Positions 61,201 through 64,000 of a DNA stretch of 64,000 bases are shown here, piece after piece. This stretch comes from Mobula hypostoma (taxonomy: Eukaryota), in contig NC_086097.1 in NCBI RefSeq assembly GCF_963921235.1, forward strand, positions 91,266,001 to 91,330,000, written 5' to 3'. Below the pieces are notes generated by a model. It ran no database searches. It had not been told where the DNA came from and saw nothing but the letters and a program-made list of their open reading frames with translations. Every line of letters starts with the position of its first letter. Position 1 is the stretch's first letter. The position numbers and the translations under genes are program-made.

Positions 61201-64000
61201 TGTAGTGTATTTAATATTTCAGTAATATTGTAAATGTGTCATTTGATTAAGCATTTTATTTGTTTACATAATTCATCATCAGTTATATGTAAGAAGTACG
61301 TGAATAGCGTATGTCATTATGCCACTACGTCACGGGTGAGCGCCTCACTAAACTAAAAACTCAGTAGACAAATATCCCAGCTCCCGTGCTTTTCTTTTGA
61401 TTAGTACCTGAGAGACAAAACATAAGAGTGGTGATGAGGAAATTTTAAAGCAAACCCTAGACAACTACCAACCTGTTGAAGTGCAGCACGTTTTTCTTCA
61501 GAAGCGTAGAGAGAAGCTCAAGTTTTTTAAAAAGGCAGAAAATTAACAAGCAACAAGTACAGCCATGTGTGTACACAGACAGTACCAGGTGATAATAATA
61601 ATAAATTTAAAAAAACAGAAATGGTTGATAGATGTGGTCTATTGCACAACAAGTAACTGGGTGATGTATACAAAATGAATTGAGCAGTATTTTGAAGCAA
61701 GTGAAACAGCTAACGAAAAATGAATGCCAGTGTTGCTGAATGCAAAGGGTGGAAAAGCATTCTTTGCTTAGAAGCTTAACTGCTCCAACCAAACCAGCCA
61801 AAATGAACTTTGTTAATATTGTCAATGTAATGCAGGAATATTTAGAACCAAAGCCATTGCTGATTGCAGAATGCTTTAGGTTTCATATTAAAGGGAAGGG
61901 GAGTCCATTTCACCCTACTTGGCTGAATTGAACAAATTATCCAAGCATTGTCAGTTAAGTGAAGGGCTTAATGATGCATTGAAAGATCACTTAATTGTGG
62001 AATCTTACATGAAAGCATCCAAAATGGCTCCTAACTGAAGCACAACTCACATTTTAAAGAGCAGTTGAAATCACTAATTAATTAAAATGGAATTGGACAC
62101 TGGACACTGGCTTGGCTGTTTCTGTCATTCCATAAAAAGAGCATTTCAAAGATACTGAATTGAAGCTTGCAGATATCCAACTAAGAAATTATACTGGAAG
62201 GTAGTGGAGATTCCTGTGGGAATGACATTCGTAACAGTGAGATACAACAACCAACAAGCCATATTGGACTTGTATGTGGTAAGAACAGGAGGACCAGCAT
62301 TGTGGGGACATGATTGGCTGAGGCAACTACAACTTGATTGGCTATCCATCCACCATTTTAGATTATGAGAACACTCAGTCCTCTTTTATTGTCATTTAGA
62401 AATGCATACATGCATTAAGAAATGATACAATGTTTCTCCAGATTGATATCACAGAAAACATGACAAACCAAAGACCAACACTGACAGAACCACATAATAT
62501 TAACATATAGTTACAGCAGTGCAAAGCAATACCATAATTTGATGAAGAACAAACCATGGGCACGGTAAATAAAGTCTCAAAAGTCCCCGAGTCAATCAAC
62601 TCCCGAGTCCCCGATAGCGGTGTCAAAAGGGTGAAACTCCCTGCCATAAACCTCCAGGCACCGTCAACTTGCCGATGCCTTGGAAGTAGCCAACCACAGC
62701 CGACGCTGAGTCCATCCGTCCGAAAACTTCGAGCTTCCAACCAGCCTCTCCGATACAGCCTCTCAAATGCCATTCTCTGCCAAGCACCTTCGACCTCGCC
62801 CCAGCCGCTGAAACACACAAAGCCGAGGATTACGGGGCCTTCTGCTCCAGAGATTCTGGTTACCACACAGTAGCAGCGGTAATGAAGCGGGCATTTCAGA
62901 AGTTTTCCAGATGGTCCTCTGTACTCTTACATCTGTCTCCATCAAATCAGAATTGTGCACGGTCCTCTACTTGACAGACAACAGACATCATCACCGAAGT
63001 GGCTGCGTGCACTGCCATCACGCCGCCATCTTCTCCTCCTCCATCTTCTTAAAATTTGCTTGCCATATTCCCCGTAATAGAGTCAACTGAAAGTGAATTA
63101 AGAAAGGTACTGGATGATACCGTAGCTTCTCCATGCTGTACATTGGAAAGCTCAAACATATCAAGGATAAAAGAGTGTTAAATGAAAATGCCACACCCAA
63201 GTTTTACAAGGCCCGTCTGGTTCCTTATACTATCCGTGATAAAGTAGCCAGTGGGCTAGTTCATATGGTGGCTGAAGGAATTCCCTCCAAGGTCGAGTGG
63301 TGCCCATGGGCAACACCAGCCAGGATCTGTGGTGATTTTAAGGTCACCATCAACCCAGTACCCAGAGGGATCAAGGATCAGATCCCTCTGCCCAGGATAG
63401 AGGATATCTTTGCAAACCTCTCAGGAAAGAAATACTTCGGCAAATTGAGGCCTATATACAGATGGAGATGAAAGAAGAGTCCAGAATGTTTCTCACCATA
63501 AGCACTCACAAAGGTCTTTATTGCTATAATAGGCATATTCTTGGAGAAGCATCTGCACCTGCACTCTGGCAGAAAGCTATTGTCCAGGTGCTGCAAGGCT
63601 GCCCGGGCACTCAGTGTCACCTGGATGATATCATTGTTACTGGTAAGGATGACAAGAAAAATCTACAAAATCTCAAAACACTGTTAAAAGGATTAGAAGA
63701 TTATGGGCTCAGAACACAATGCAACTGTGTGGAATCTTTAAACCATTCATCACCTACTGTGATCACACCATCAACACACAAATGTGCTGAGAAAATTCAA
63801 GCAGTGGTGGATGCCCCAAGGCCAAGGGACATGTCACAGTTGCAGTTCTTTTTAGGATTTGTCAATTACTATACCAGGTTCCTGCCAAACTCGGCTTCTG
63901 TGCTCCACCTCTTGAACTCATTTCTACAGATCAGGAAGAAATGGCAATGGACAAAGCAGTGTGAGGTGGTTTTCCAGATGGCAAAGGAAATAATGAGGCC
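61201..64000 (+). mobile_element. Gypsy (K02A2.6-like) element: LTR 61201-61427, PBS, gag (internally deleted), PR, RT; runs off the window
   Basis: PBS TGGTGATGAGG at 61429-61439 (CpG-decayed tRNA-Ser type TGGCGACGAGG); LLRSLTAPTKP; RICGDFKVTINP; HLDD at 63618-63629. Confidence 0.88.
62358..63053 (-). mobile_element. Non-autonomous ~690-bp family, full-length copy inserted in the Gypsy element
   Basis: Minus-strand 5' GGAGGAGAAGATGGCGGCG and the same 3' tail; ATTT at both flanks. Confidence 0.88.

Overview
Eukaryotic, repeat-dominated, non-coding window. It most likely comes from a cartilaginous fish (ray/shark), inferred from HE1-like V-SINEs, abundant CR1 and Rex1-type LINEs, and Penelope-like termini. 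No host protein-coding exon, rRNA, true tRNA or CRISPR array could be supported. The ORFs I could recognise are retroelement or transposon remnants; the rest look like chance frames. Main contents: (1) a structurally complete but dead Ty3/Gypsy provirus with PNMA-like gag (6828-13716); (2) two K02A2.6-type Gypsy remnants, a sushi/PEG10-like gag remnant and several solo LTRs with TSDs; (3) many nested CR1 and Rex1-type LINEs; (4) three Buster-type hAT elements and a mariner-derived MITE; (5) SINEs and a diffuse 33-bp minisatellite. Most notable observations: a dense cluster of sense-strand A-to-G changes in a young CR1 copy (38071-38104) that resembles fossilised ADAR hyper-editing; minimal hammerhead ribozyme motifs in Penelope-like termini, including two head-to-head hairpin insertions with ~15-bp TSDs; and a candidate HDV/CPEB3-like ribozyme near the 5' end of an RTE-like non-autonomous element. 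Family names come from motif recognition by eye, not database searches, and boundaries without TSDs are approximate.
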